Shown here: positions 1 to 9,931 of the stretch, piece by piece
Layout of the letters: each line of letters begins with the position of its first letter
Numbering within the stretch: the stretch's first letter is position 1
Assembly: GCA_963701295.1 (NCBI GenBank)
Contig: OY969585.1
Span: 160,001 to 224,000 of the forward strand
Origin: Ignavibacteriota bacterium
GTDB taxonomy: Bacteria; Bacteroidota; Ignavibacteria; UBA10030
Reading direction: 5' to 3'
DNA length: 64,000 nucleotides
Notes under the pieces: model-generated
Seen by the model: the letters and a program-made list of their open reading frames with translations, nothing else
Told to the model about the DNA's origin: nothing
Database searches by the model: none
Translations under genes and position numbers: made by a program

Positions 1-128
1 TCAGGGGAAATACGAGAGACTTTTCCCCAAAAATACCGGTCGAGCATGAGATCACCGACCACAGCGATTTGCTTACCGGCAAAGCCTTTTTGAATTTGAC
101 TCAACCTATCTGAAGAAAGACTAACCAT
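1..128 (-). CDS. rfaE: D-glycero-beta-D-manno-heptose-7-phosphate kinase (HldE/RfaE kinase domain), 5' part only; runs off the window
   Basis: Manual translation MVSLSSDRLSQIQKGFAGKQIAVVGDLMLDRYFWGKVSRISP contains the RfaE signature V.GD.MLD.Y..G.V.RISPE. Confidence 0.85.
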   Translation of the reverse strand, partial: MVSLSSDRLSQIQKGFAGKQIAVVGDLMLDRYFWGKVSRISP

Positions 129-162
129 TGAAAATTCCGAATTTGCAGTGTATTTCCATTAG

Positions 163-191
163 AATATAGAGAGAAATGGATGTACAAGCAA
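163..191 (-). promoter_or_regulatory. sigma70-type promoter for rfaE
   Basis: Minus strand reads TTGCTT-N17-TATATT, ~35 bp upstream of the ATG. Confidence 0.55.
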
Positions 192-788
192 GAAACGTGT
201 TTTTACACAACATTCGATTCATACTTCGGACGATGAGGTGCGCCCTTCAGTTCCAAATCGGAGAGAATCGTAACTCAATAATCTTGCTGTTATTCATATA
301 AAAGGATTAGTCTATTCCTGCCACTGTGCCAGCACAAGCGATATGATTATCTGAAATACCGAGAAATCGGTATTGATATTGATTAAGATTGTAATAGTTT
401 TTAGAGAATTTCCGTTGGTTTTCTTGTTGATTTCAAAGCTGCTGAAATTTCTGTCTTCGGTCCATATGTATGTCGATGAGATTCATAAAAGCTTTCACGT
501 TTCTCTGAATTTCAATGAAATCATGACAAACAACAATGTGTGGATTGTTTAATATGTGAGATATGTTGATGAGCTTTAATCCGGATGCAGAAAAATAATA
601 TCTCACGATGTGAAGATGTTCTGGTACAGCAGATATTGCATACCAAATGGACCTAAACACAATTCTTACGCGTCTATGTTACAATACACATACGGCAAAA
701 ATGCTATTCATAATTACAGACGTTATGCGAAACGCACGCCGCCATAACAGGTCTGTCATATTATCCACTATTCAAAAAGGAGGTTTCC

Positions 789-1265
789 ATGACTTACTCA
801 AAAGTAATTGTCGGCTTTATTCTTATTACTCTCTTCGCCGGATGTTCCACTCCCGCGCAGAAAAACAAAATCGAAGGCGTTTGGGAATTAACCTCTCAGA
901 AATGGAATGGGAAGGGGGAGATATCAGGTAGAGACATCAAAATGTTCACAGGCAAACATTTTTCGTTTATATTCCAGGACACGGCTGAAGCAAAATCCCT
1001 GCTGGCTAAAAAAACACTGAGAGATTCCCTGTCAGTATTCTCCGACGATTTCTATGCCGGTGCCGGGAGTTACAAGCTTGTTGATAGTGTCTATACAGAG
1101 ACATATGAGTTCTTTTTTAATCCCTACAGAGTTGGGAAATCAGTTGACTTTATACTGAGAGTAGACGGTGATCGATTATCTCAATCAGGTAAGTGGCCCG
1201 TATATGAGGGGGGAAAGAAGGTTCGAGATGTGCTTTTAGAAGAAGTCTACAAACGAATAGAATGA
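789..1265 (+). CDS. Lipoprotein, lipocalin-like beta-barrel (hypothetical)
   Basis: AGGAGG RBS; lipobox LFAGC; IEGVWEL motif typical of lipocalin-like domains. Confidence 0.65.
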   Translation: MTYSKVIVGFILITLFAGCSTPAQKNKIEGVWELTSQKWNGKGEISGRDIKMFTGKHFSFIFQDTAEAKSLLAKKTLRDSLSVFSDDFYAGAGSYKLVDSVYTETYEFFFNPYRVGKSVDFILRVDGDRLSQSGKWPVYEGGKKVRDVLLEEVYKRIE

Positions 1266-1313
1266 AATAACTCACAGCTATAGTAGTTTGCTATTTTAAA
1301 AAAGGAGAATTTT

Positions 1314-2189
1314 ATGAATCTAGTTATTGGTGCAACGGGAATGGTGGGTATGGAGATTTGCCGATTGCTGGCAACATCCGGAAAACCCGTGAGAGCATTT
1401 GTGCGATCCGGTTCCGACCCGCAGAAGGTAGAGAAACTCAAGAATTTTGGTGCAGTCATTGTCCGGGGCGACCTGCGCGACAACGTATCGGTCAAAGCCG
1501 CCTGCAAGGGTGCAACTGCCGTTATTGATACAGCATCGTCGATGCCTTTTGCATATAAGCCTGGCGACAATACACCACAAATTACGGATCAGGACGGCGC
1601 GCTTGGATTGATTTCCGCCGCGAGTGAAGCAGGTATTAAGCAGATGGTGTACACTTCCTTCCCTCCGATGAATGCATCTTTCCCGCTTCAGGACGCGAAG
1701 CGCGCAGTGGAAGCTCGCTTGCGTGCTAGCGGACTCGTTTACACAATCCTGAGACCGACGTTCTTCACCGAAGTCTGGCTCAGTCCAGCTGTGGGATTCG
1801 ATTACATCAACCGTAAAGCGACCATCTATGGAAGAGGGGAAAATGGAATCAGCTGGATTTCATTCCTGGATGTAGCCCAATTCGCCGTTGCCAGTCTCAA
1901 CAATCCCAATGCCCGCAACGTCGTGTTGGAATTTGGAGGGCCGGAAGGTATAAGTCCACATAAAGTGATAAAGATTTTCGAGAAGATCGGCGGCAAGCCG
2001 TTCGAGATTACAAATGTCTCTGTCGAAGCATTGCAAGGCCAATATGCCGCGGCAACGGATCCGATGCAAAAATCATTTGTCGGATTGATGCTTGGTTATG
2101 CAGGCGCCACGGCAATCGACATGAGGCCATTGTTGAAAACATTTCCGCTGAGGCTGAGAACGGTTGAGGAGTATGCTGAGAGCGCCTGA
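1314..2189 (+). CDS. NAD(P)-binding atypical SDR / NmrA-like oxidoreductase
   Basis: LVIGATGMVG Rossmann motif, YTILRPTFF, ISWISFLDVA; AGGAG RBS. Confidence 0.85.
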   Translation: MNLVIGATGMVGMEICRLLATSGKPVRAFVRSGSDPQKVEKLKNFGAVIVRGDLRDNVSVKAACKGATAVIDTASSMPFAYKPGDNTPQITDQDGALGLISAASEAGIKQMVYTSFPPMNASFPLQDAKRAVEARLRASGLVYTILRPTFFTEVWLSPAVGFDYINRKATIYGRGENGISWISFLDVAQFAVASLNNPNARNVVLEFGGPEGISPHKVIKIFEKIGGKPFEITNVSVEALQGQYAAATDPMQKSFVGLMLGYAGATAIDMRPLLKTFPLRLRTVEEYAESA

Positions 2190-2287
2190 CGATGTGACCA
2201 TAAATACTTGACGCTCTATTATCCGGTACTGCAGCAACTGCGGCAGCACGAAATTGGATGTGCCGCCATGGTTTCTCAGGAGAGGCT

Positions 2288-2895
2288 ATGAAAACGATTA
2301 CCGGATGTCGGCGAAGTATCAGTCTCGCTGGCGCTGCGCTCTGGCTGATTGCAATTAGTTTCGTCTTCGTCACATGGTCGATTTTGGCAATCAGGACATC
2401 GATCGCAAGATTGGTGCTCAGGGGAACGTTTGTGCTTTTGGGTGCTCTCGCTGCAATCGGCGTCGTGGTGATTCGCGTTACGTTGGGCTTACCGGTCAGC
2501 ATTGCACCACCAAATCCCGGAAAATCAACGGATGGGGCATCGGTTCGCCTGAGTCTTCGGTGCTGAAATGTTAGCGTTCGCAGTTGTCAACCTAGTCGCA
2601 AGAGCCATAGGAAATTTCGAACTAATGCTCTCCTTGAACCTGATTGTGGTAGGAAATTCACTTTTTCCCGTTGGCGTAGATATTTCGCGTCTCATGCTAC
2701 AACTTCACAGGGCTCCTCTTTTGTGCAATTCCGGTGGTTACGCTTCTCGCGATCCCAAAGCAGTTCGAGGTTGAGCACGCGTTGGCCTCGTACGTTGTTC
2801 CGGGCCTGGGATATGGACTTGTAGCTTCATTGACCGCAGCGGCAGCGTTACGCGAAGCGTTGCAATCTGTCTTTAAAACTCGTAGTGCGTTCTAA
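2288..2895 (+). pseudogene. Degraded integral membrane protein gene
   Basis: Hydrophobic helices continue across frameshifts and an in-frame stop (..LNLIVVG/IHFFPLA*IFRVSCYNFTGLLFCAIP..), ending at TAA 2893-2895. Confidence 0.55.
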
Positions 2896-3604
2896 CCACT
2901 TTAAAAAGAGCCGAGCGCCTGTAATATTTTCGCAAAGCGAAAAACAAATTAGTGAATGGTGTAAATAGATTACTCCCGACGCGTCCCGCAACAGCGGGAT
3001 GCCGAGTTCTTTGAGAGTGATAGCGAACACGACCAGCAGCTTTACCTTGATTATGAATTGAAGAAGTGAGATATTCTTTTTGGGCAAGAGAATGCAGGAA
3101 CTTCGAATTCGCTCATTCTAGTGTTTGTTTTTTCCTATTAAGCGGGCAGCATTTATGTTGGGCATTGACACAACGTTTCTTCGAGTTTCTTTTCCTGTAT
3201 CATCAAAAAACCGATCTGGAAAAATCCGACGGGCAATGATCTATGTGAGCGTATGAAGATGGTGATGGAGGTAAGAAGCCCGATGAAACAGTCGAAATTG
3301 AATTGAACATAGAATGCAGAATCGAACACACACTTTGACTGTGTGTTAGTATGCACAGGTCAGTATAATTAATATTTAACCTTGCTCTTCACACAATCAC
3401 AAACATATGGAGGATCTTTATGAAATGATTATCACTTCCCATTTAGTTTGGTTTCAGGCGAGCCGATGATGGCTGCCGGCAAAAGACCGGTTTGTCAGAC
3501 AAAATGAAGGTCATCACGTCTCGTGTAGTAAGTACCAATTGTTGTCTCTAAGAATATTTTGAACGATTACGTAAAAACCATCTTGATTAAACAAGGAGTC
3601 AGTC

Positions 3605-4483
3605 ATGAGAAAACTTTATACTGTCATTCTAACGGTTGCGTTTGTAATTTTTATCACCCCGGCTGTATTCGCTCAAGTAGCAAATGCAGGGTTTGAGAAC
3701 TGGACGAATGGATCACCGGACGGGTGGGATGCTGCAACGAACATTGCCGGTATTGCTACAAATATAACGAAGTCAACGGATGCACATTCAGGAAGTTCCG
3801 CATTACGCGGAGAAATTATAAATCTCAGCGGGGCATATCCTCCAGTCTTATGGGCGGGACAGATGGGAAACGGTACCCCCTATACGGGTAAAGATGCTGC
3901 GTTCACTGGATATTACAAATTCGTACCTGTAGCTTCCTCAGGCGACATCTTTGAGATCGATGTTATTACATATAAAAATGGATGGCTCAGTGGTGGACTC
4001 GGTTATGGAACTTTAAAAATCACTGCCAGCGCAACCGCCTATACCAAATTTGCCGTTCCCATCCAATACGTCTTTCCAGGCACGCCGGACAGTTGTTATA
4101 TCTTGTTTACACTTAATGGCCCCGGATCGAGTAACGGCACGGTGGGTTCATATTTTATTATCGACGATCTTGCTTTCGGCGCAGGAACAGGCGTTGAAGA
4201 ACGTGGAAACAACCAGCCATTTGTGTTTTCTCTAAATCAAAATTATCCCAACCCTTTCAACCCGTCAACCATTATCAGTTACCAAGTACCAAGCGACGGC
4301 ATGGTCAGTTTGAAGGTGTATGATATGCTGGGAAGAGAAGTCTCAACACTTGTTAACGGTGTGAAAGCGGCGGGAAATTACACGGCAACATTCAATGCTG
4401 CAAACTTGCCGAGCGGCGTATACTTTTATACATTGCAGGCGGGTAACTACACAGTGACGAAGAAAGCGATTCTTCTTCGATAA
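3605..4483 (+). CDS. Secreted protein with a beta-sandwich/carbohydrate-binding-like domain and a T9SS type A C-terminal sorting domain
   Basis: Signal peptide ..AVFA/Q; NAGFENW; C-terminal LNQNYPNPFNPSTIISY..VYDMLGREV..LPSGVYFY. Confidence 0.85.
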   Translation: MRKLYTVILTVAFVIFITPAVFAQVANAGFENWTNGSPDGWDAATNIAGIATNITKSTDAHSGSSALRGEIINLSGAYPPVLWAGQMGNGTPYTGKDAAFTGYYKFVPVASSGDIFEIDVITYKNGWLSGGLGYGTLKITASATAYTKFAVPIQYVFPGTPDSCYILFTLNGPGSSNGTVGSYFIIDDLAFGAGTGVEERGNNQPFVFSLNQNYPNPFNPSTIISYQVPSDGMVSLKVYDMLGREVSTLVNGVKAAGNYTATFNAANLPSGVYFYTLQAGNYTVTKKAILLR

Positions 4484-4590
4484 CACGTGTGCGTTGGATG
4501 ATTTCGGCCTGCTTGCGGGGAAAACCATCCTTTCGCATACCGGCGGATAAACTAGCGAACAAAATCTGACGAAAAAGTATTGAGTTTTAG

Positions 4591-4635
4591 GTGTGACCGT
4601 CACCAATGATTGGAAACAAAGAGTGACGGTCACAC
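4591..4635. repeat. REP-like perfect inverted repeat
   Basis: 13-bp arms GTGTGACCGTCAC / GTGACGGTCACAC. Confidence 0.7.
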
Positions 4636-4820
4636 AGTGATAGAGAAATGATTATGTTGCTCGAGTAGTATCAAGAACAATCGCGCCCCTCAAATTAGAA
4701 AAGGAAAGAGTTACATAAACACTAATCCCATGATACATCCGATGAAGAGGATGCCGAGTTAAGAGTATTGATAAAATTGTTTAGATCAAACGTTACCAAA
4801 TGCACGAAAGGAACATATTT

Positions 4821-5468
4821 ATGCTCATAAGATTGAAAATCAACTTATCGCATGGTTTTCTTCTTACTACGGTTTTTCTTTTTGCATTAATTAACTTCGC
4901 ATGCACCTCTTCTCGCCTGACAAACGTATGGAAAGACCCGGAGTTCAAGAATCCGCCGATGACAAACATGCTAATCATTGCAGCGAAAAAAGACCCTGAA
5001 AACCGGCGTATATGGGAAGATGTGATCGTTGCAGAACTGTCTGCCAAGGGTGTTGCGTCCACCTCTTCGTACCGATTGTTTGCAGACTCTATCCCCGATC
5101 CCGACCAAGTTAGAGTTGCTGTTCAAGAAAAGAAATTCGATGGAGTGCTTTTCATCAGAAAATTGCCGACCGAGATATCTACCAATTCTGTACCAGGAAA
5201 CGTAAAAGGCGAGCTGGTAACAAGGAATGATGAGCGAACCAATATATACTCTACTTTCTATCGAGATGTACAACAGCCCGGCTACACTGACACCAATAGG
5301 GTAGTACGTCAAGAGGTTAACGTTCTTACTACACAAGAAGGCGGCCGTTTAGTATGGGCTGGCACGGGCGAGATGATTAACCCAAATTCGAGAGAAGAGA
5401 TCAGAGATGATATCGCTAGTTTGGTTATTCCAGAATTGGCGCGGCAGGGAATCATCCCAGCAAAGTAG
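4821..5468 (+). CDS. Lipoprotein, hypothetical (DUF4136-like)
   Basis: Lipobox NFAC, VWKDP, RRIWED, LVWAG; ATG 4821 has an AAGGA RBS (ORF track starts at 4800). Confidence 0.65.
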   Translation: MLIRLKINLSHGFLLTTVFLFALINFACTSSRLTNVWKDPEFKNPPMTNMLIIAAKKDPENRRIWEDVIVAELSAKGVASTSSYRLFADSIPDPDQVRVAVQEKKFDGVLFIRKLPTEISTNSVPGNVKGELVTRNDERTNIYSTFYRDVQQPGYTDTNRVVRQEVNVLTTQEGGRLVWAGTGEMINPNSREEIRDDIASLVIPELARQGIIPAK

Positions 5469-5642
5469 TTTCGCATTCGCAACGGGGCGATATTTTTATT
5501 ACAGACGTTAGGCTCCATGCACAGCGACAACTAACATGCATAAAAATGTTGAACAGAAGTAACAATACATTAAAAATCAAGACACAAGCTATTACTCATA
5601 TTTACATAGGAATGCCTCCAACAGGGACAGGAAAACACACAT

Positions 5643-6209
5643 ATGAATTTTGGCATCATCTTAATCACAGTTTCCATCCTTTGGATAGGATCGGAAATCA
5701 TTTTGGCTCGAACGAAACGCTCTCAATCGACGGATATACGATTTGATAAATCTTCGCTCCGCATACTATGGGTCACCATTTCTATCGCCGTTAATGTTGG
5801 TATCCTTTCCAGCTTTCAGCGCATTGGGTACTTTGGAAATGGATCTCGAATCTTTTCAATTGCCGGTCTCATGTTCATCGTCTTCGGACTGCTCGTTCGT
5901 TGGATTGCCATCTTTTCTCTGAAGCATCAATTTACAGTGGACGTTTCGATCACACAAGATCATCAAATCATTAGGAAAGGAATTTATCACTTTGTGCGCC
6001 ATCCGGCATACGCAGGCAGTTTGCTTTCATTCTTTGGGCTTGGGCTATGCTTCGCTAACTATCTCAGTATGCTCATAATTTTTCTTCCGATATGTTCAGC
6101 TTTCCTCCACAGAATTCATGTTGAAGAGAAAGCTCTTATTGATAATTTCGGCGACGAGTATATCAAGTACTGTGCCTCGACCAAGCGACTCATCCCTGGA
6201 ATCTTTTGA
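5643..6209 (+). CDS. Isoprenylcysteine carboxyl methyltransferase (ICMT/Ste14) family membrane protein
   Basis: GIYHFVRHPAYAG and RIHVEEKALIDNFGDEY..Y...TKRLIP motifs. Confidence 0.85.
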   Translation: MNFGIILITVSILWIGSEIILARTKRSQSTDIRFDKSSLRILWVTISIAVNVGILSSFQRIGYFGNGSRIFSIAGLMFIVFGLLVRWIAIFSLKHQFTVDVSITQDHQIIRKGIYHFVRHPAYAGSLLSFFGLGLCFANYLSMLIIFLPICSAFLHRIHVEEKALIDNFGDEYIKYCASTKRLIPGIF

Positions 6210-6410
6210 ATAAGTTGCACTTCGGCTCACAAAGAAAAAACAGTGACGCTTACTCTATGATAGCGGGAGATACTTGCGGTCATTTAATGCCTTTACTCAT
6301 CCTGCACTTTTTGTGCGGGATAAGAGCAATGTCTTGGTTTGCGAAACGTCGGACGACATACAGTCACAAATGAATTCGAAATAATAAAATTCATACTGAC
6401 GAGAAGCACG

Positions 6411-7151
6411 ATGAAAAATTCAAAAACAAATTTTAGCAAATCTCAATGGACAAATAACGGATTTGCCCATGAATACTTAAGAGATAGTGATATATATATT
6501 CCTCAACGAGAACAGGTACTGCAATTAATAAAATTCATATTTTCATTTTATATTAATACTAAAGTAAAAAATCCTTATGTAGTCGATTTAGGATGCGGTG
6601 ATGGCGCTATAACGAAAGCACTATTAGACGTTAATAAGAATCTTCTATCAACATTAATCGATGGTTCAGAGCATATGCTTGAATCTGCAAGAAAAAATAT
6701 CCCAAATAAAAACATCAAGGAGGTCATTCATATTTCATTTCAAGATCTTTGTGGTTCATCTGTTATTGAAGATGATACAGATTTTATAGTTTCATCATTA
6801 GCTATACACCATTTAAACGAGATTGAAAAAGGCCGTTTATTTAGATATATTTACGCAAAATTGAAACCTGGCGGATTATTTATAAATTATGATCCGGTTT
6901 TGTCTCCCTCGCTTGAATTGGAGCAACTCAATTTATTGATGTGGAAAGAATGGATACTGAATTATGAGGCAAAAATAAATCCAAGAAGAGATAAATCATT
7001 GGAATATATTCCATCCCAATATAAAAGTAATAAAGACAATGTTCCTAGTACTTTAGATTCACAATTAGAAATATTAAAAAATGCAGGATTTTTAGATGTT
7101 ACTCTGTTCTATAAATATGGTTTATTTTGCTTGTTTGGTGGGAGGAAATAA
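6411..7151 (+). CDS. Class I SAM-dependent methyltransferase
   Basis: VVDLGCGDG motif I, SSLAIHHL, LKPGGLFIN; visibly AT-rich; ATG 6411 preferred to the TTG at 6339. Confidence 0.85.
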   Translation: MKNSKTNFSKSQWTNNGFAHEYLRDSDIYIPQREQVLQLIKFIFSFYINTKVKNPYVVDLGCGDGAITKALLDVNKNLLSTLIDGSEHMLESARKNIPNKNIKEVIHISFQDLCGSSVIEDDTDFIVSSLAIHHLNEIEKGRLFRYIYAKLKPGGLFINYDPVLSPSLELEQLNLLMWKEWILNYEAKINPRRDKSLEYIPSQYKSNKDNVPSTLDSQLEILKNAGFLDVTLFYKYGLFCLFGGRK

Positions 7152-7304
7152 GAGTGAATAAATCAATAATGATCATCGCAATCTTTAGATTGCGTTTTCT
7201 AAATATCATCGCGAACAGACCAGTCCGCCGCATATTCAACGTGCTTATAGCAGGTGATGCTGCGTGGTATTAAACCCGAAAAAGAAGAAACAAGAAGCAA
7301 GCCC

Positions 7305-7333
7305 TTGACATCTTACGTTCCAAGGAGTATATT
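7305..7333 (+). promoter_or_regulatory. sigma70-type promoter of the thiamine uptake operon
   Basis: TTGACA-N17-TATATT. Confidence 0.75.
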
Positions 7334-7407
7334 TGAATTGTAGATAATAAATTTCCCGAGTATTCTCCGATGCGGTATCATCGTACGGAGTGAGTTCTTT
7401 TCAATAA

Positions 7408-7504
7408 GTTGTATGGGGTGCTACGGTCTTCTTTTCTAGGGAAAACCGGGCTGAGATTACACCCTTGTAACCTGATCTGGATAATACCAGCGTAGGGAAG
7501 TAAA
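7408..7504 (+). ncRNA. TPP (thiamine pyrophosphate) riboswitch aptamer
   Basis: GGGGTGC...GCTGAGATTACACCCTT..AACCTGATCTGGATAATACCAGCGTAGGGAAG matches the THI-box consensus and lies upstream of thiamine genes. Confidence 0.95.
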
Positions 7505-7516
7505 AAACGATTTTTT

Positions 7517-7559
7517 AAAGCCGTTTTCCATGAACCTATGGGAAACGGCTTTTTTATTT
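7517..7559 (+). terminator. Riboswitch expression-platform intrinsic terminator
   Basis: AAAGCCGTTTTCCAT-loop-ATGGGAAACGGCTTT followed by a T-tract, between the aptamer and the RBS. Confidence 0.85.
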
Positions 7560-7574
7560 ATAAAGGAGGAAAAA

Positions 7575-9824
7575 ATGTTGAAACACATTCAAGTTACTGC
7601 ACTTTTGCTATGCACAATCGCCTCGGCCCAGGAAAAAGCTGATCGAGATACGATCTACCAATCTGCACCAGTGACTATTACAGCAACGCATGCAGTAGAG
7701 CGAAGTTCACCGGTTACTTTTTCCAATTTGAATCATTCTGAAATTCAAAAACAATATTCTGTGCAAGATGTTCCTGTCTTGTTATCCGGTTTGCCTTCCA
7801 TCACGTTCTATTCTGAAAATGGAAATAGCAGCGGCGGGTATAGTTATATTAACCTGCGCGGATTTGAACAGCAAAGGTTGTCGGTCATGGTAAATGGTGT
7901 TCCACAAAATGACCCTGAAGATTTCAATGTGTACTGGATCGACTTTCCCGACTTACTTGGCAGCACAGCAAATATTCAGGTTCAACGCGGCGCCGGAAGC
8001 GCTTTCTATGGCCCCCCGGCAATCGGTGGTTCAGTAAATATACTCGCTGTTCCTTTCCAACCGCAGCCTAGTGTACTCTTCGAAAACAGCCTCGGTTTTC
8101 AGGAATATGGTTCAACCAATACCATTGTACTTTCGACGCGCAAATATTCTGCAACATTTAATTCCGGACTCGTGGACAACCGATATATGTTTTACGGACG
8201 AATGGGCAAACTTTCGACAGACGGCTATCGCGATAAATCGTGGGACGAGATCAACTCATACTTTTTTGGCGTTGAACGACTTGACGAAACGATGACAACA
8301 CGTATTCACTTTTACGGAGGCCCATTCAGCGATGGACTTGTGTATAATGGAATTCCTAAATTCTATAACAATAATTTGACCCTCCGCCGTACGAATTACA
8401 ATTATTTTGAATTGAATGGCGCACAAGATACAGTGACCTATGCGACAAATCGAAGGCCGCAAGAATCGGAAGAATTTTCGCAGCCGCATTTTGAATTGCT
8501 GCACGAGTGGAAACTTACCTCCAACATCACGTTCAACAATACTTTCTTTTATATTCAAGGAGACGGATATTATGATTATGATGGAACCGGCTTAGATACT
8601 TCTTCATTGCATTTGGGAAATGCCTACGGAATTCCTGCCGCAGCGAACCCGGCAAATATTCTTGTTCGTGCGTTTGTCGGAAATAAGCAATGGGGCTGGT
8701 TGCCTCGCCTGGAAATCGATCATGGAAACGGATCGCTGACACTGGGAGCGGAATTGCGTTTTCATCATTCCATCCATTGGGGAAAAATTGCCTATGCAGA
8801 AAATCTTCCGGCAAATTATGATCCCGATTATCACATCTATGAATATGAGGGACGAAAGGATATTGTATCAGTGTATGGACATGAACTTTATAAGTTGAGA
8901 GAGAACTTGACACTGATGACCGATTTGCAATTTGCCTACAATCGTTACGATCTGTCGAATGAAAAATTCTATAATAACAATTTTTCTGTTCCATATTATT
9001 TTCTTAATCCGAGAATAGGTTTGAATTACAACGTCAACGAGTTAGTCAATACCTACGTCAATATCGCCTATACATCTCGCGAACCTCGACTGAAAGACCT
9101 TTATTCTGCTGAAGAATCCATATGGGGAAGCACACCACACTTCGCAGCGGACACAACCGGCGGTAGCGTGAAGTATGACTTCAGCAAACCGCTTGCAAAG
9201 CCAGAGCATTTGTATGATTTTGAACTTGGGTGGGTGTATCGAGATGGTCAGACATTGGCATCTGTTAATTTCTTCTGGATGGAGTTTAAAGACGAACTCA
9301 TTGAAAGCGGTCAAGTTGATATTTTTGGCGAAACGATCAACCAGAACGCAGACCGCACTCGCCATCTGGGCATCGAGTTAGACGGACAGTCCAACCTTGG
9401 CTATGGATTCTCCGTAAGCGGGAATGCAACGATCTCCCATAATAGGCTCATACAATATACCATCGTGGACACTTCTTTCAACCAGCATGTTCTCGATGGC
9501 AACCGCATTGCAGGGTCTCCCGATTACATGGCGAACGTACGCATTGCATTCACTCGCGATGCCTTCGGCACTTCTCTGGACACAAAATACGTCGGCAACT
9601 TCTATACAGACAACACGCAAAGCGAAACAAGAAAGAACGACGCTTACATGGTCTGCAATGCGTCTGTGTGGTACCGATTTACGTTGGGTTCCGATGTCAT
9701 TATGACCGTGCACGGCGAGGTGCACAATCTTTTTGACTGTCTTTATACGATGACCGGCCAAGGGCAAGAATTCTTTCCCGCGGCTGAGCGAAACTATGTG
9801 TTTAGTATATCTTTACAATTATAG
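7575..9824 (+). CDS. TonB-dependent receptor, probable thiamine outer-membrane transporter
   Basis: AAGGAGG RBS before ATG 7575; plug motifs LRGF..VMVNGVP and IQVQRGAGSAFYG..AIGGSVNI; first gene after the TPP riboswitch. Confidence 0.9.
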   Translation: MLKHIQVTALLLCTIASAQEKADRDTIYQSAPVTITATHAVERSSPVTFSNLNHSEIQKQYSVQDVPVLLSGLPSITFYSENGNSSGGYSYINLRGFEQQRLSVMVNGVPQNDPEDFNVYWIDFPDLLGSTANIQVQRGAGSAFYGPPAIGGSVNILAVPFQPQPSVLFENSLGFQEYGSTNTIVLSTRKYSATFNSGLVDNRYMFYGRMGKLSTDGYRDKSWDEINSYFFGVERLDETMTTRIHFYGGPFSDGLVYNGIPKFYNNNLTLRRTNYNYFELNGAQDTVTYATNRRPQESEEFSQPHFELLHEWKLTSNITFNNTFFYIQGDGYYDYDGTGLDTSSLHLGNAYGIPAAANPANILVRAFVGNKQWGWLPRLEIDHGNGSLTLGAELRFHHSIHWGKIAYAENLPANYDPDYHIYEYEGRKDIVSVYGHELYKLRENLTLMTDLQFAYNRYDLSNEKFYNNNFSVPYYFLNPRIGLNYNVNELVNTYVNIAYTSREPRLKDLYSAEESIWGSTPHFAADTTGGSVKYDFSKPLAKPEHLYDFELGWVYRDGQTLASVNFFWMEFKDELIESGQVDIFGETINQNADRTRHLGIELDGQSNLGYGFSVSGNATISHNRLIQYTIVDTSFNQHVLDGNRIAGSPDYMANVRIAFTRDAFGTSLDTKYVGNFYTDNTQSETRKNDAYMVCNASVWYRFTLGSDVIMTVHGEVHNLFDCLYTMTGQGQEFFPAAERNYVFSISLQL

Positions 9825-9931
9825 AACGATCTATCCATGGATAGCGGACCAAGTTCAGCTTGTCAGAATTTTATTTTTGAGATGGCTTCTCGTATTTTTT
9901 GATTCAGTAAAGGTAATTCTGTAACTTTGTA

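Noticed and set aside
433-660. ORF containing VPEHLH, reminiscent of an HUH/RAYT transposase motif
   Set aside because: Only a six-residue resemblance; no other transposase features were seen.
7530-7574. Upstream ATG extending the first TonB receptor
   Set aside because: It lies inside the riboswitch terminator; the AAGGAGG RBS points to ATG 7575.
9825-9931. Possible cobalamin riboswitch before the BtuB-like receptor
   Set aside because: The gap is too short and has no B12 box; only the palindrome CTATCCATGGATAG.
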